Shown: positions 19,531 through 26,862, counted from the first letter of the stretch. The stretch: 57,507 bases of DNA from a virus (IMGVR_UViG_3300045944_000157:1-57507), one strand, 5' to 3'. Translations and numbers: made by a program. Notes: generated by a model not told the origin, from the letters alone.

Positions 19531-19613
19531 TGCATCAGCCACCACATCAGGCCGAGGATGGCGATGATGAGTGTGATGTAGATGACGGCCCATTCGGCAT
19601 CGTGGCGGTTCAC
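19527..19613 (-). CDS. 28-aa single-TM peptide (absent from ORF track)
   Basis: MNRHDAEWAVIYITLIIAILGLMWWLMQ; GTGA/ATGA overlaps with both neighbours. Confidence 0.55.
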   Translation of the reverse strand: MNRHDAEWAVIYITLIIAILGLMWWLMQ

Positions 19614-20338
19614 GCGATCTGTTCCCCGTTGAGGATGACGGTGACCTTGCCGGTTGTCGTTATTGTCACCACCGGGACATCGGTTGGTGGAACCGGTTCA
19701 GGGGAAGGCTCGGTCCACGAGGTTTCGAAGGCTTCAAGGAATTTGACGTGGTAGCCCTTGATCAGATTGCCGATATTGACGCCACCCGACCAAGTGGGAA
19801 CCTTGGTCTTGTCGCCGTTGACGATCTCCCGCGCCCCGAAGCTGTCGTTCTTGGTGTCGCTGAAATAGCGCGGCAAGTTCTGCACCTTGCCGTTGCCGTC
19901 CTTGCGGAACCACCCTTCGTACATGCCGCGCATCAAGACCCTTGCACTGATGGTCGCGTCGAGTGCCCTTTCGGGATGGAGATAGAGATCGTCACCACCT
20001 GTAAGGGCAAGCTGTGATGTAGCAAACTTGTAGTTGTCCGCCCACGTAAGCTGGATATCCCCCCTGCCATAATAAAGCAGGCCGGTGGTCGGGTCCGGTT
20101 CACCGTAGGGCTGTCCCTTGCCCTTGCCGTACTCTTCGATGGGCCACATGGTGGCGCTGGTTTCGTGGTACGAGGTGGCGAAGCAGTAGGAGATATAACG
20201 GAGGTCGGTCTTCGGCGGCACACGTTCCTCGTATGCCCCCATCTTGAAGTTCATCCCGTCCACCTGTTGCTGGGTCATGTGCCCATGAAACAGGCTCTCG
20301 CGGACATGGTTAAAGAAGACAGTGCGGTCGAAAGGCAT
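19610..20338 (-). CDS. Endolysin, glycoside hydrolase 19-like
   Basis: AT.YHET...PIEE, YYGRG.IQLTW..NY, AR.IVNG motifs. Confidence 0.88.
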   Translation of the reverse strand: MPFDRTVFFNHVRESLFHGHMTQQQVDGMNFKMGAYEERVPPKTDLRYISYCFATSYHETSATMWPIEEYGKGKGQPYGEPDPTTGLLYYGRGDIQLTWADNYKFATSQLALTGGDDLYLHPERALDATISARVLMRGMYEGWFRKDGNGKVQNLPRYFSDTKNDSFGAREIVNGDKTKVPTWSGGVNIGNLIKGYHVKFLEAFETSWTEPSPEPVPPTDVPVVTITTTGKVTVILNGEQIA

Positions 20339-20376
20339 TGAACCCTCCCCGCTCTCTCCACGGGGAGGATTATGCC

Positions 20377-20604
20377 TTACCGGCGTGAACCCTGAACAGA
20401 GGTGCCGCGCGACGTGCCGTGGGCCTTTTCGATCAGCCCCATTGAGGCAAGCGTCTCGATCATTGCCGAAATCGATCCCTTGGAAGAGATGCCCAAACCA
20501 ATGGCGATCTCCCTGAAGGTCGGGTTATGCCCATGCATCTCCTCGAATTTGTTGATGAAGTCGAGAAACTCCTGTTGCCGCTCTGATGGTCTGGCTGAAG
20601 CCAT
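20377..20604 (-). CDS. LexA-type winged-HTH protein (no peptidase domain)
   Basis: RQQEFLDFI......G..PT.REIA..LG..S......L...G.I......R. Confidence 0.8.
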   Translation of the reverse strand: MASARPSERQQEFLDFINKFEEMHGHNPTFREIAIGLGISSKGSISAMIETLASMGLIEKAHGTSRGTSVQGSRR

Positions 20605-20615
20605 CTCCGTTCTCC

Positions 20616-20831
20616 TCACCTCCATTGTTCGCGTTTCCATTTGATGCATGCTTGCAGCACCTTGATGTTCTGCTCGTGCTGGCTCCCATAGAGAAGGCCA
20701 TGGCTGCGGCCATCTCCATGGATCATAACGATCCGCGCGTCGATCTTCGGGTAGACATGGATCGCCTGCCATGGATAGAGGCAACGGATCAGCTTCCGGT
20801 ATTCCTTAACCAGCGCCGGTATCTCGTCCAT
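20616..20831 (-). CDS. Hypothetical protein
   Basis: 71 aa ORF filling operon gap. Confidence 0.5.
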   Translation of the reverse strand: MDEIPALVKEYRKLIRCLYPWQAIHVYPKIDARIVMIHGDGRSHGLLYGSQHEQNIKVLQACIKWKREQWR

Positions 20832-21051
20832 CGTCGCTCACATTGAACTCCACGGTTTCCGGCACCCCGTCATCCAGCGTCACCAGTTGGGTGGGAGAAA
20901 AGATATGCAGAATGCCGTCGTCGTTCTCGACCACATACCTGATCTGTCCCTTCACCTTCCTGAAGACGGAGACGATGTAGCCCTGAAACACATAGTCGCC
21001 CCCGGTCTTGATGACCCGATCCCCAACAACCAACTGCTTCTTCCTACCCAT
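20806..21051 (-). CDS. SH3-like protein resembling the DfrB/R67 fold
   Basis: GDRVIKTGGDY.FQG.IV...RYVVE...G.LHIF; GAGG RBS. Confidence 0.6.
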   Translation of the reverse strand: MGRKKQLVVGDRVIKTGGDYVFQGYIVSVFRKVKGQIRYVVENDDGILHIFSPTQLVTLDDGVPETVEFNVSDDGRDTGAG

Positions 21052-21068
21052 GATTGCCTCTCTGAACT

Positions 21069-21311
21069 TCACTCGGTATCCCCACGTCCGGCTGGCCACA
21101 GCTTGGCCGGAACTCCCGGCCTGTCATCTGACGAATGCGCGTATGCCTGCTCCTCCAGCATGAGGATGGCATCCTCCAGAAAGGCTTTGGTCACGGTGGT
21201 CCATCTGCCGATCTGATCCTGATACAAAATCTCTATCGTCTTGCAGCGCATGGTCTGGTCATGCGTACCGCGCAACGCCTTCAGCTTTTCGATCTTCTCT
21301 CTTGCGTTCAT
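21069..21311 (-). CDS. Hypothetical protein
   Basis: 80 aa, GAGGGAG RBS. Confidence 0.55.
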   Translation of the reverse strand: MNAREKIEKLKALRGTHDQTMRCKTIEILYQDQIGRWTTVTKAFLEDAILMLEEQAYAHSSDDRPGVPAKLWPAGRGDTE

Positions 21312-21469
21312 CTCCCTCTCCGTTTCATCCCGTCAATCACCATCCATACCCCGATCCCTTGCAGGATGAGGATTATAATCCCAAGCACCATTTCTTTACC
21401 CCTATATAGGACGGAAATCGTCCGGCTGACAGGGTAGCCCCGGTGCCGGAATGGATCAACCGGAACGGT

Positions 21470-21766
21470 TTATAAATGCGCCGCTTTTCTGAGGAGAAGA
21501 TTTATCTTCGCCTGCCAGCCCATGCCGCTTTTGCGGAAATGTTCGAGGATATCGTTATCCAGCCAGATTGTGACGCGGCTCTTGCGAGATGAGTGGAAGC
21601 GTCTGTCGGCCTTTGCAGGATTTTTCGGAATATCGACGTTTTCGACTTTATTTTGCACAGGCTCCGGCAAATCCGTTTCCTCTTCCCATGGCTGCTTTTC
21701 GATCTGCCGAATTTCCGATTTTTTTTGCAGAAAAATTTTTGGTTGGTATTGCCTCGACAGGCTCAT
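21470..21766 (-). CDS. BrnA-family antitoxin (orphan)
   Basis: K..VTI.LD.DI.E.FR..G.GWQ.KIN..LR C-terminus; GGAGGG RBS before ATG 21766. Confidence 0.8.
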   Translation of the reverse strand: MSLSRQYQPKIFLQKKSEIRQIEKQPWEEETDLPEPVQNKVENVDIPKNPAKADRRFHSSRKSRVTIWLDNDILEHFRKSGMGWQAKINLLLRKAAHL

Positions 21767-21955
21767 GTTATTTCCCTCCGGAATTGCTGTACATACGTAC
21801 TGTACGTACAGGATGTATATACATACTGTATGATACAGGACGGACAGTACGTACTGTATCAGACTGTACGGGATTTGTGAAATTTTGGATCGGGTGTCCG
21901 GGTTAGTATGTATCGCGTGACGCACACGCGCCTGCACGCGCGGGGGCTACGTATG

Positions 21956-21978
21956 GGTGGGGGGTAGTACCCCCCACC
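21956..21978. repeat. Perfect 11-bp inverted repeat
   Basis: GGTGGGGGGTA-G-TACCCCCCACC. Confidence 0.85.
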
Positions 21979-22039
21979 ATGCGCACATACTACATGTGGG
22001 GTCCATGCCCTACGACCCTGTGTCCTGATTATCCAATGA

Positions 22040-22052
22040 AATCAATGGGTTA
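22040..22052 (+). promoter_or_regulatory. IHF-consensus site
   Basis: AATCAATGGGTTA matches WATCAANNNNTTR, in non-coding DNA near terS. Confidence 0.55.
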
Positions 22053-22278
22053 GTGTACATCTAAGTGATTGTAGTGATAGCGAACTGCACTCGAAGAGTG
22101 CACAGATTACAGTGTCACCCCATTGTTGTTGTCTCATTCTCTCTCTTACATCTTGATGTAAGAGAACCAGTGCTATCCCCTTATCCCCTCCTCTCACCAT
22201 GTACCCTCAGTACCCTTAAGGGACTGAGGTGTGTGTGGTGATTGGCCTTCCATTGTCTTGGTGCCGACAGTCATCTCG

Positions 22279-22863
22279 CTACTCGACATCTTCGATGTCT
22301 CCGTTGCTCTTTCCGGGCGAAACCTCTTGGGCATCAGGAAGAACCCTTGGTTCTGGATGTGAAACATGTTCGATGGTTTCATGCCGAAAGAGTTCGCGAA
22401 GTTTGCTTCGCAATTCCAGTTCCACTTCCTCCGGCCTTCTCTCCGTCCTGTCTTCGACAGAGCGAACCTCTCGAAACATCGAAACCAGATCGATTTTGCC
22501 TAAGGCAATCAATGCGGCGATCCGTTCCGATGGCTTCGCGTCTTCTCTCCGGCTTTCTTTCATCAAGCCGGAGAACACGTGCCGACGAATGGCCACGGCA
22601 TCCCGATGCATAGCCTTCTCCTGCTCCGTAAGGAGCATTTCCACCCTATGTTTGATCTTGTCCTGCTTCATCAGCTTGGATGCCGAGACATTGACCGTCG
22701 ATGACTTACCGCCCGCACTGTAAGTAGCGCGGTAAGCTGCCGAGAGCGTCTCTCCCCGAGCCACCAATTGCGCGAAAGCTTCCTGCCTTGGTGTGAGATC
22801 GGAGGCCAGTCTGGTCGGCAAACCAAGGCTTTGTCGTAAACTGTTTTGCGGCATAACGGTCAC
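22279..22863 (-). CDS. terS: Terminase small subunit
   Basis: LTPRQEAFA..V..G.....AYR..Y.......ASKL.....I..R pattern. Confidence 0.8.
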   Translation of the reverse strand: MTVMPQNSLRQSLGLPTRLASDLTPRQEAFAQLVARGETLSAAYRATYSAGGKSSTVNVSASKLMKQDKIKHRVEMLLTEQEKAMHRDAVAIRRHVFSGLMKESRREDAKPSERIAALIALGKIDLVSMFREVRSVEDRTERRPEEVELELRSKLRELFRHETIEHVSHPEPRVLPDAQEVSPGKSNGDIEDVE

Positions 22864-23055
22864 CGTGTCCTAAACCCTATGGGGGTTTAGAAATTCTAGT
22901 CAGAACCCCGATGATTTGCCAAGTGGTCCGGCTCCAATACCCAAGGGGATTGGAGCGTCTGCGGGGGCGCATCATGCCCGCATCATGACGCGAGTTTTCT
23001 TCACGCCTGTTTCCCTACGCATTATGCGCAGGAGAAATCGCGCATGGAAAAAGGC

Positions 23056-23084
23056 TTGCCATTTGTCGTCCGGTTTGGGATTGT
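23056..23084 (+). promoter_or_regulatory. Putative early sigma70-type promoter
   Basis: TTGCCA-N17-GATTGT at the divergence point; -10 is weak. Confidence 0.4.
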
Positions 23085-23094
23085 TTGGGGGTCG

Positions 23095-23400
23095 AAAGCA
23101 GGATTGCTCCGACAGCGGAAAGCCGGATGGCTCCCGCCAAAAAGCATCTCTCCGGAGAAACCGGGGGCCGCAAGCACCGCTGTGAAGCGAAGCTTGGTGA
23201 AGGCAGAACAAATCCGGACAGTTTTGCGGCGATCATGGATAACGAAGTGATCGAAAGTCAGCGAAGCTGGTCGTGGCAAAGAGCAATCTTGTGATGCTTT
23301 GCCGCCCACACTCCTCCTCACGATTGCTGCGGGATCAAGCTGCAAACTCAGCAAAAGCTGAAAGGCGAAGCTTGGTCCTTCAACAATCCTGAAAGGATTA
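23095..23400 (+). ncRNA. Candidate structured leader / ncRNA
   Basis: Many nested helices incl. 23099-109/23281-291; three GCGAAGCT(T)GGT copies; no convincing ORF. Confidence 0.5.
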
Positions 23401-23404
23401 CGTT

Positions 23405-24010
23405 ATGACGAAAACTGCCAAAACCGTTGCCAAGTCGGAAGTCTCCTCCCGTGAGGAGCTGCTCGCCAGCGTCTCACAGTTTGAATTTCAAACTTGTGAG
23501 ATCGTCGGCGGACGGAATTTCCCCATTGGGGAGAAATTCGACTGCATCAAGGTCGGGGTTTCCGGCTACGGCAAGCCCTACACGGTCATCTCCGTCAACG
23601 GAGAAGACCGGTTCTGCGATCCGAAGAACCTCAAGGTTCTTAAGCCGATGACCGAAGCCAAGATCGCCGCCGCTAAAGCGGCGCTGGAAGAGGCAAAAGA
23701 GGCAACCCTGATCGTCGGCGGAACCATCAAGAATGAGAGTGAGAAAGCAGTTCTCATCTCTCATCATGGCTGGTTCAAGCCGAAGTGGTTTCCCAAGTCT
23801 CTGGTCACCAAGATTGGTGACCATGAAGACGGCGAGCAGAACCTCTATGAGGTTCCTCGTTGGAAAATCCATGCCGATCATGGTCCGGCTGGCGTGAAGG
23901 CTCTCGCGGCACTCCAAGATGGCTATGAAGCCATGTTGGAGCCGGAAGAAAAGCCGGAACCCAAGGTCGTCGTCCGTACCGGTAAGTATACCGGTAAGGT
24001 CAAGAAGTGA
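23405..24010 (+). CDS. Early hypothetical protein
   Basis: 201 aa, AAGGA RBS; ESEKAVL...WFPKS motif. Confidence 0.8.
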   Translation: MTKTAKTVAKSEVSSREELLASVSQFEFQTCEIVGGRNFPIGEKFDCIKVGVSGYGKPYTVISVNGEDRFCDPKNLKVLKPMTEAKIAAAKAALEEAKEATLIVGGTIKNESEKAVLISHHGWFKPKWFPKSLVTKIGDHEDGEQNLYEVPRWKIHADHGPAGVKALAALQDGYEAMLEPEEKPEPKVVVRTGKYTGKVKK

Positions 24011-24017
24011 TCTCTGA

Positions 24018-24088
24018 AAAATCGCATGACCTCCCCTCCGAAAGGAGGGGAGAGCGGGCGATTTTGCCCTGAATGAGGAGCCAACAAA
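24018..24088 (+). repeat. Intergenic structured element copy 1
   Basis: AAAATCGC-ATGA-c-CTCCCCTCC-GAAA-GGAGGGGAG-a-GCGG-GCGATTTT-GCCC..TGAGGAGCCAA. Confidence 0.92.
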
Positions 24089-24265
24089 ATGCCATTTGAT
24101 CCCAATGATCTCGCTGAAATGCTCTTGGTAAAAGAGCACTTCATCGATGAGCGAAACTTCGCCATGTCGATGCGGGATTGGCCGAAAGTTTCTGTCATCC
24201 GACAGAAACTCAAGCACGTTGAAAACCGGATTGCTTCGATCCGGTTTCAGCAAAAGACCGCCTGA
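24089..24265 (+). CDS. Cassette ORF, 58 aa (absent from ORF track)
   Basis: MPFDPNDLAEMLL...RFQQKTA; exactly fills the space between copies 1 and 2. Confidence 0.8.
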   Translation: MPFDPNDLAEMLLVKEHFIDERNFAMSMRDWPKVSVIRQKLKHVENRIASIRFQQKTA

Positions 24266-24331
24266 GAAATTGCATGGGATGGGGTCCACTGGACCCCATT
24301 ACGGGCAATTTCGCCCTTTTGAGGAGCCAAA
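24266..24331 (+). repeat. Intergenic structured element copy 2
   Basis: GAAATTGC-ATGG-GATGGGGTCC-ACT-GGACCCCATT-ACGG-GCAATTTC-GCCC..TGAGGAGCCAA. Confidence 0.92.
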
Positions 24332-24586
24332 ATGCAAGTTCTCACGAAAGCACAGAAACTCGCTTTGAAGCGAGTTTTTGATCGGACGCCTCTTTTCGTC
24401 CTTTGGGACGGAAAGTGCTTCATGCCGACTTCCACCGAAGGGTGGAATGCTCACAAGAGACTGGATCAACCGACAATGACCTACCGGTCATTTCGGTACA
24501 CCGCAGTCACCAGCTTTGGGACGTTAATCGTCCCATGGTGTGGAATGTGGCTGGCCATCGAAACCGATGGCTACACCCACTCTTAG
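24332..24586 (+). CDS. Cassette ORF, 84 aa
   Basis: C-terminal W.GMWLAIE.DGYTHS; bounded by repeats. Confidence 0.8.
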   Translation: MQVLTKAQKLALKRVFDRTPLFVLWDGKCFMPTSTEGWNAHKRLDQPTMTYRSFRYTAVTSFGTLIVPWCGMWLAIETDGYTHS

Positions 24587-24657
24587 AGATCGCATGATAT
24601 CTCCTCCGACTTGTCGGAGGGGATAGCGGGCAATCTCGCCCTATTGAGGAGCCAAAA
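24586..24657 (+). repeat. Intergenic structured element copy 3
   Basis: GAGATCGC-ATGA-TATCTCCTCCGAC-TT-GTCGGAGGGGATA-GCGG-GCAATCTC-GCCC..TGAGGAGCCAA. Confidence 0.92.
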
Positions 24658-24993
24658 ATGGTTGGAATGCTGAACATCGGTACAGTGTCCCATGGGACAC
24701 TGCGTCCGCAAGATTTGCTCCGTAGGTTTTCCCAAACCTACGAGCAATACTTCAGCGATGAAACGGATTACAATCCGTTTCTTTACATGGCAGCTAACTT
24801 GTTAGCTGCCACTCTGGATGATCTCGAAGGAGATCATGTTGCCGACCACATCTATGAGCATGTCGATTATACAATCGACAAGCTTATAGAGAAGCTGGAA
24901 GGCTTGGCTTCCCGTCATAACTGTTACTTCGGAACCACCGAAGGTGACGGTTCGGATTTCGGCTTCTGGCCGAATGAAGGCGGCGAAGCTTAG
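24658..24993 (+). CDS. Cassette ORF, 111 aa acidic
   Basis: GTVSHGTLR..DL..F and YFG..EGDGSDFGFW motifs; bounded by repeats. Confidence 0.8.
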   Translation: MVGMLNIGTVSHGTLRPQDLLRRFSQTYEQYFSDETDYNPFLYMAANLLAATLDDLEGDHVADHIYEHVDYTIDKLIEKLEGLASRHNCYFGTTEGDGSDFGFWPNEGGEA

Positions 24994-25065
24994 GAATTGC
25001 ATGACTTCCCCACTGAGAAATCAGTGGGGAATGCGGGCAATTCCGCCCTGAATTGAGGAGCCAAG
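24993..25065 (+). repeat. Intergenic structured element copy 4
   Basis: GGAATTGC-ATGA-c-TTCCCCACTGA-GAAA-TCAGTGGGGAA-t-GCGG-GCAATTCC-GCCC..TGAGGAGCCAA. Confidence 0.92.
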
Positions 25066-25287
25066 ATGACTGAAAGAGCACAACTTTTCGCCCAGAGACT
25101 TCGTGATCTGGACGAATGCATTGCTGAAAGCAAGGCATCGGAACACTACGATCCGAAAAACGACTACTGGACCCATCTCAAAGAGATGGAAATTCAGGCT
25201 TTCGCCAAAGGCGATGGTGTCGTTTGGCGGGTCAATGACCGGCCTTACATCGTCTTCGATACCATCGATAGCCGATGGTATTCCTGA
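25066..25287 (+). CDS. Cassette ORF, 73 aa
   Basis: Bounded by repeats 4 and 5. Confidence 0.8.
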   Translation: MTERAQLFAQRLRDLDECIAESKASEHYDPKNDYWTHLKEMEIQAFAKGDGVVWRVNDRPYIVFDTIDSRWYS

Positions 25288-25355
25288 GAAATTGCATGGG
25301 ATGCCCTCTCTCAGAGAGGGCATTACGGGCAATTTCGCCCTTTGAGGAGCCAAAC
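25288..25355 (+). repeat. Intergenic structured element copy 5
   Basis: GAAATTGC-ATGG-GATGCCCTCTC-TCA-GAGAGGGCATT-ACGG-GCAATTTC-GCCC..TGAGGAGCCAA. Confidence 0.92.
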
Positions 25356-25535
25356 ATGATCCTGCTTTGGATATCGACATATATGTCGATCTTCACGATG
25401 GGAATTCTTGCCATCATTGTGGGGACTTCCCCACAATTCGGTTGGCCGGAATATTCCGCCACCATTCTTGCGATACTTTTCGGTATCGGCGCAGCAACGA
25501 CGTTGCTGGAAATTGGTCGGAGGGAACGTCGATGA
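25356..25535 (+). CDS. Cassette ORF, 59-aa two-TM protein
   Basis: MILLWISTYMSIF...; starts at the RBS of repeat 5. Confidence 0.75.
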   Translation: MILLWISTYMSIFTMGILAIIVGTSPQFGWPEYSATILAILFGIGAATTLLEIGRRERR

Positions 25536-25615
25536 TCTACATTCTTGTTCCAGTGATAGCTTTGCTATCGTGGTACATCGTTTATCTCGAAACAACGAAA
25601 GGAGATCGCAAATGA
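25532..25615 (+). CDS. 27-aa single-TM peptide
   Basis: MIYILVPVIALLSWYIVYLETTKGDRK; GGAGGG RBS; ATGA overlaps. Confidence 0.5.
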   Translation: MIYILVPVIALLSWYIVYLETTKGDRK

Positions 25616-25917
25616 AATGTCTCCACTTCGTTGGTTTCACCAACGAAGAACAAATCAGGAAGGCTTCCCGAATATTCGGGGAGCCTCATTTCATACATCC
25701 CAAATGGGATGTCAGAGCCGAGCAAGAATTGGATGTAGACGATGTAATCGTCTACGCCAATGGAACACCGAGGAGAGCGGAAGAACGTGAGTTCTTCCTG
25801 AGTGTGGGCGGCAAGCAAGGGGGTGGGCGCATGATGCGCCTGCCCCCTTTTTTTTGCTCAAAATTCAGCTACTATCGCAGACATGCGCTACATACCCGGA
25901 TACGAAGAACGCTATAG
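25612..25917 (+). CDS. Hypothetical protein (HFVGF...A.R.FG.P.FIH..WD.RA)
   Basis: AAGGAG RBS before ATG 25612; 3' end runs through a terminator-like hairpin. Confidence 0.6.
   Translation: MKCLHFVGFTNEEQIRKASRIFGEPHFIHPKWDVRAEQELDVDDVIVYANGTPRRAEEREFFLSVGGKQGGGRMMRLPPFFCSKFSYYRRHALHTRIRRTL
25819..25856 (+). terminator. Intrinsic terminator ending the cassette operon
   Basis: GGGGGTGGGCGC-ATGAT-GCGCCTGCCCCC then T run. Confidence 0.7.
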
Positions 25918-26230
25918 AATAGATCAAAACGGCAATGTTTTCTGTAATCATAAGAATAGATTTCTGAAACCAACCCTGCACCCTTCAGGGTATCTATTTG
26001 TGTCTCTAGCAAAAGGGACAAAAAATTATCCATTGCGAAAGCAATACAAGATCAATTACTTAGTCGCACTTACTTATATCGGACCAAGGCCAAAGGGCTT
26101 GGTCTGTTGCCACAATGATGGGAACAAACTCAACAATCACCTCTCGAATATCAGATGGGACACCCAAAAATCGAACATCCACGATGCAATCGTGGCCGGT
26201 ACGTTTACCGGGCGACCACGTAAGCACTAG
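25883..26230 (+). CDS. NUMOD4-HNH homing endonuclease
   Basis: IPGYE..Y.I...G.V, GY..V.L, LVA..YIG, CHNDGNK.NN..SN.RW.T...N; AT-rich relative to flanks. Confidence 0.85.
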   Translation: MRYIPGYEERYRIDQNGNVFCNHKNRFLKPTLHPSGYLFVSLAKGTKNYPLRKQYKINYLVALTYIGPRPKGLVCCHNDGNKLNNHLSNIRWDTQKSNIHDAIVAGTFTGRPRKH

Positions 26231-26702
26231 TTTTTTCGCGCACGCGCGAGGGGGGGCAGCAGACACGCGATCCCGGTACTTAATCGTCCGGTCCCAAAAA
26301 AGCGATTTTCCAAAAGACCAGCTAAATCTTTGATCTGAAAGAATGTCGTGGACACACTAGAGGGGTGGCAAAATTCAAGAGGTATTTTTGCCCCCCTCTC
26401 AAATGTCAAATCCTACCCATACCCCCCATAGGTAGGAAAAAACTGGCGAAATGCCTGTCAAAGCGTTGATCTTAAAGATGCGGACGCTGTGGACGGTTCA
26501 ATCCGTACACATTCTGGCTGGCCAAAAAGCAGAAAGGCTCTCGCAACATTGGCCGAAGCCAGTCACGGAGCCTTTCGCTACTGGCGTTTCAACTCACCCC
26601 TCACAGGGTTTCGCTTACTTTGTCAGCTAAGTGGTTATAGGGCGCATGATGCCAATTGGCAATGCCAAAATAGCAGACATGCGATCCCTTTAGCACGGTC
26701 TT

Positions 26703-26862
26703 GTAAAGACACATGTTTGGCTGTCCCATAACGTAAGAATGTTTGCGTTTAACCAATTACCAAAAGTGGTAGTAACTTATTGATATCATTGATGATATTA
26801 ACGAAAACCTTATCACACGCAAGAATGTTTAAGTTATGGGACGAACAAACATGTTTCCTTAC
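26703..26862. repeat. 46-bp imperfect inverted repeat with central IHF-consensus site
   Basis: Arms 26703-26748 and 26817-26862, 36/46 matches by hand; TAACTTATTGATA at 26773-26785. Confidence 0.8.

Noticed and set aside
23112-23220. RNase P RNA (GGAAAG-CCGG ... AGAACAAATCCGG)
   Set aside because: Only short resemblance to conserved regions I and V; too short and other conserved regions not recognisable.
23340-23400. c-di-GMP-I riboswitch
   Set aside because: GCAAAC-stem resemblance only; GACGCAAAG and the receptor stem are missing.
24032-24042. TCCCCTCCGAA shared between repeat 1 and 44241-44251 as a guide-target pair
   Set aside because: Short, low complexity, and no matching targets noticed for the other copies.
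24016-25355. CRISPR or TIGR array
   Set aside because: Intervening segments are 177-336-nt ORFs, repeat interiors vary, and no Cas1/Cas6 or Nop-domain gene is evident.
24016-25355. Canonical integron attC sites
   Set aside because: No RYYYAAC/GTTRRRY cores or extrahelical bases; each outer stem is complementary within its own copy. Kept only as an analogy.
24016-25355. Intrinsic terminators
   Set aside because: The main hairpins lack following T tracts and lead directly into RBSs.
26817-26845. Canonical dif site
   Set aside because: TTATGGGAC resembles an XerD arm but spacing to the CGCA arm is about 9 rather than 6 bp.
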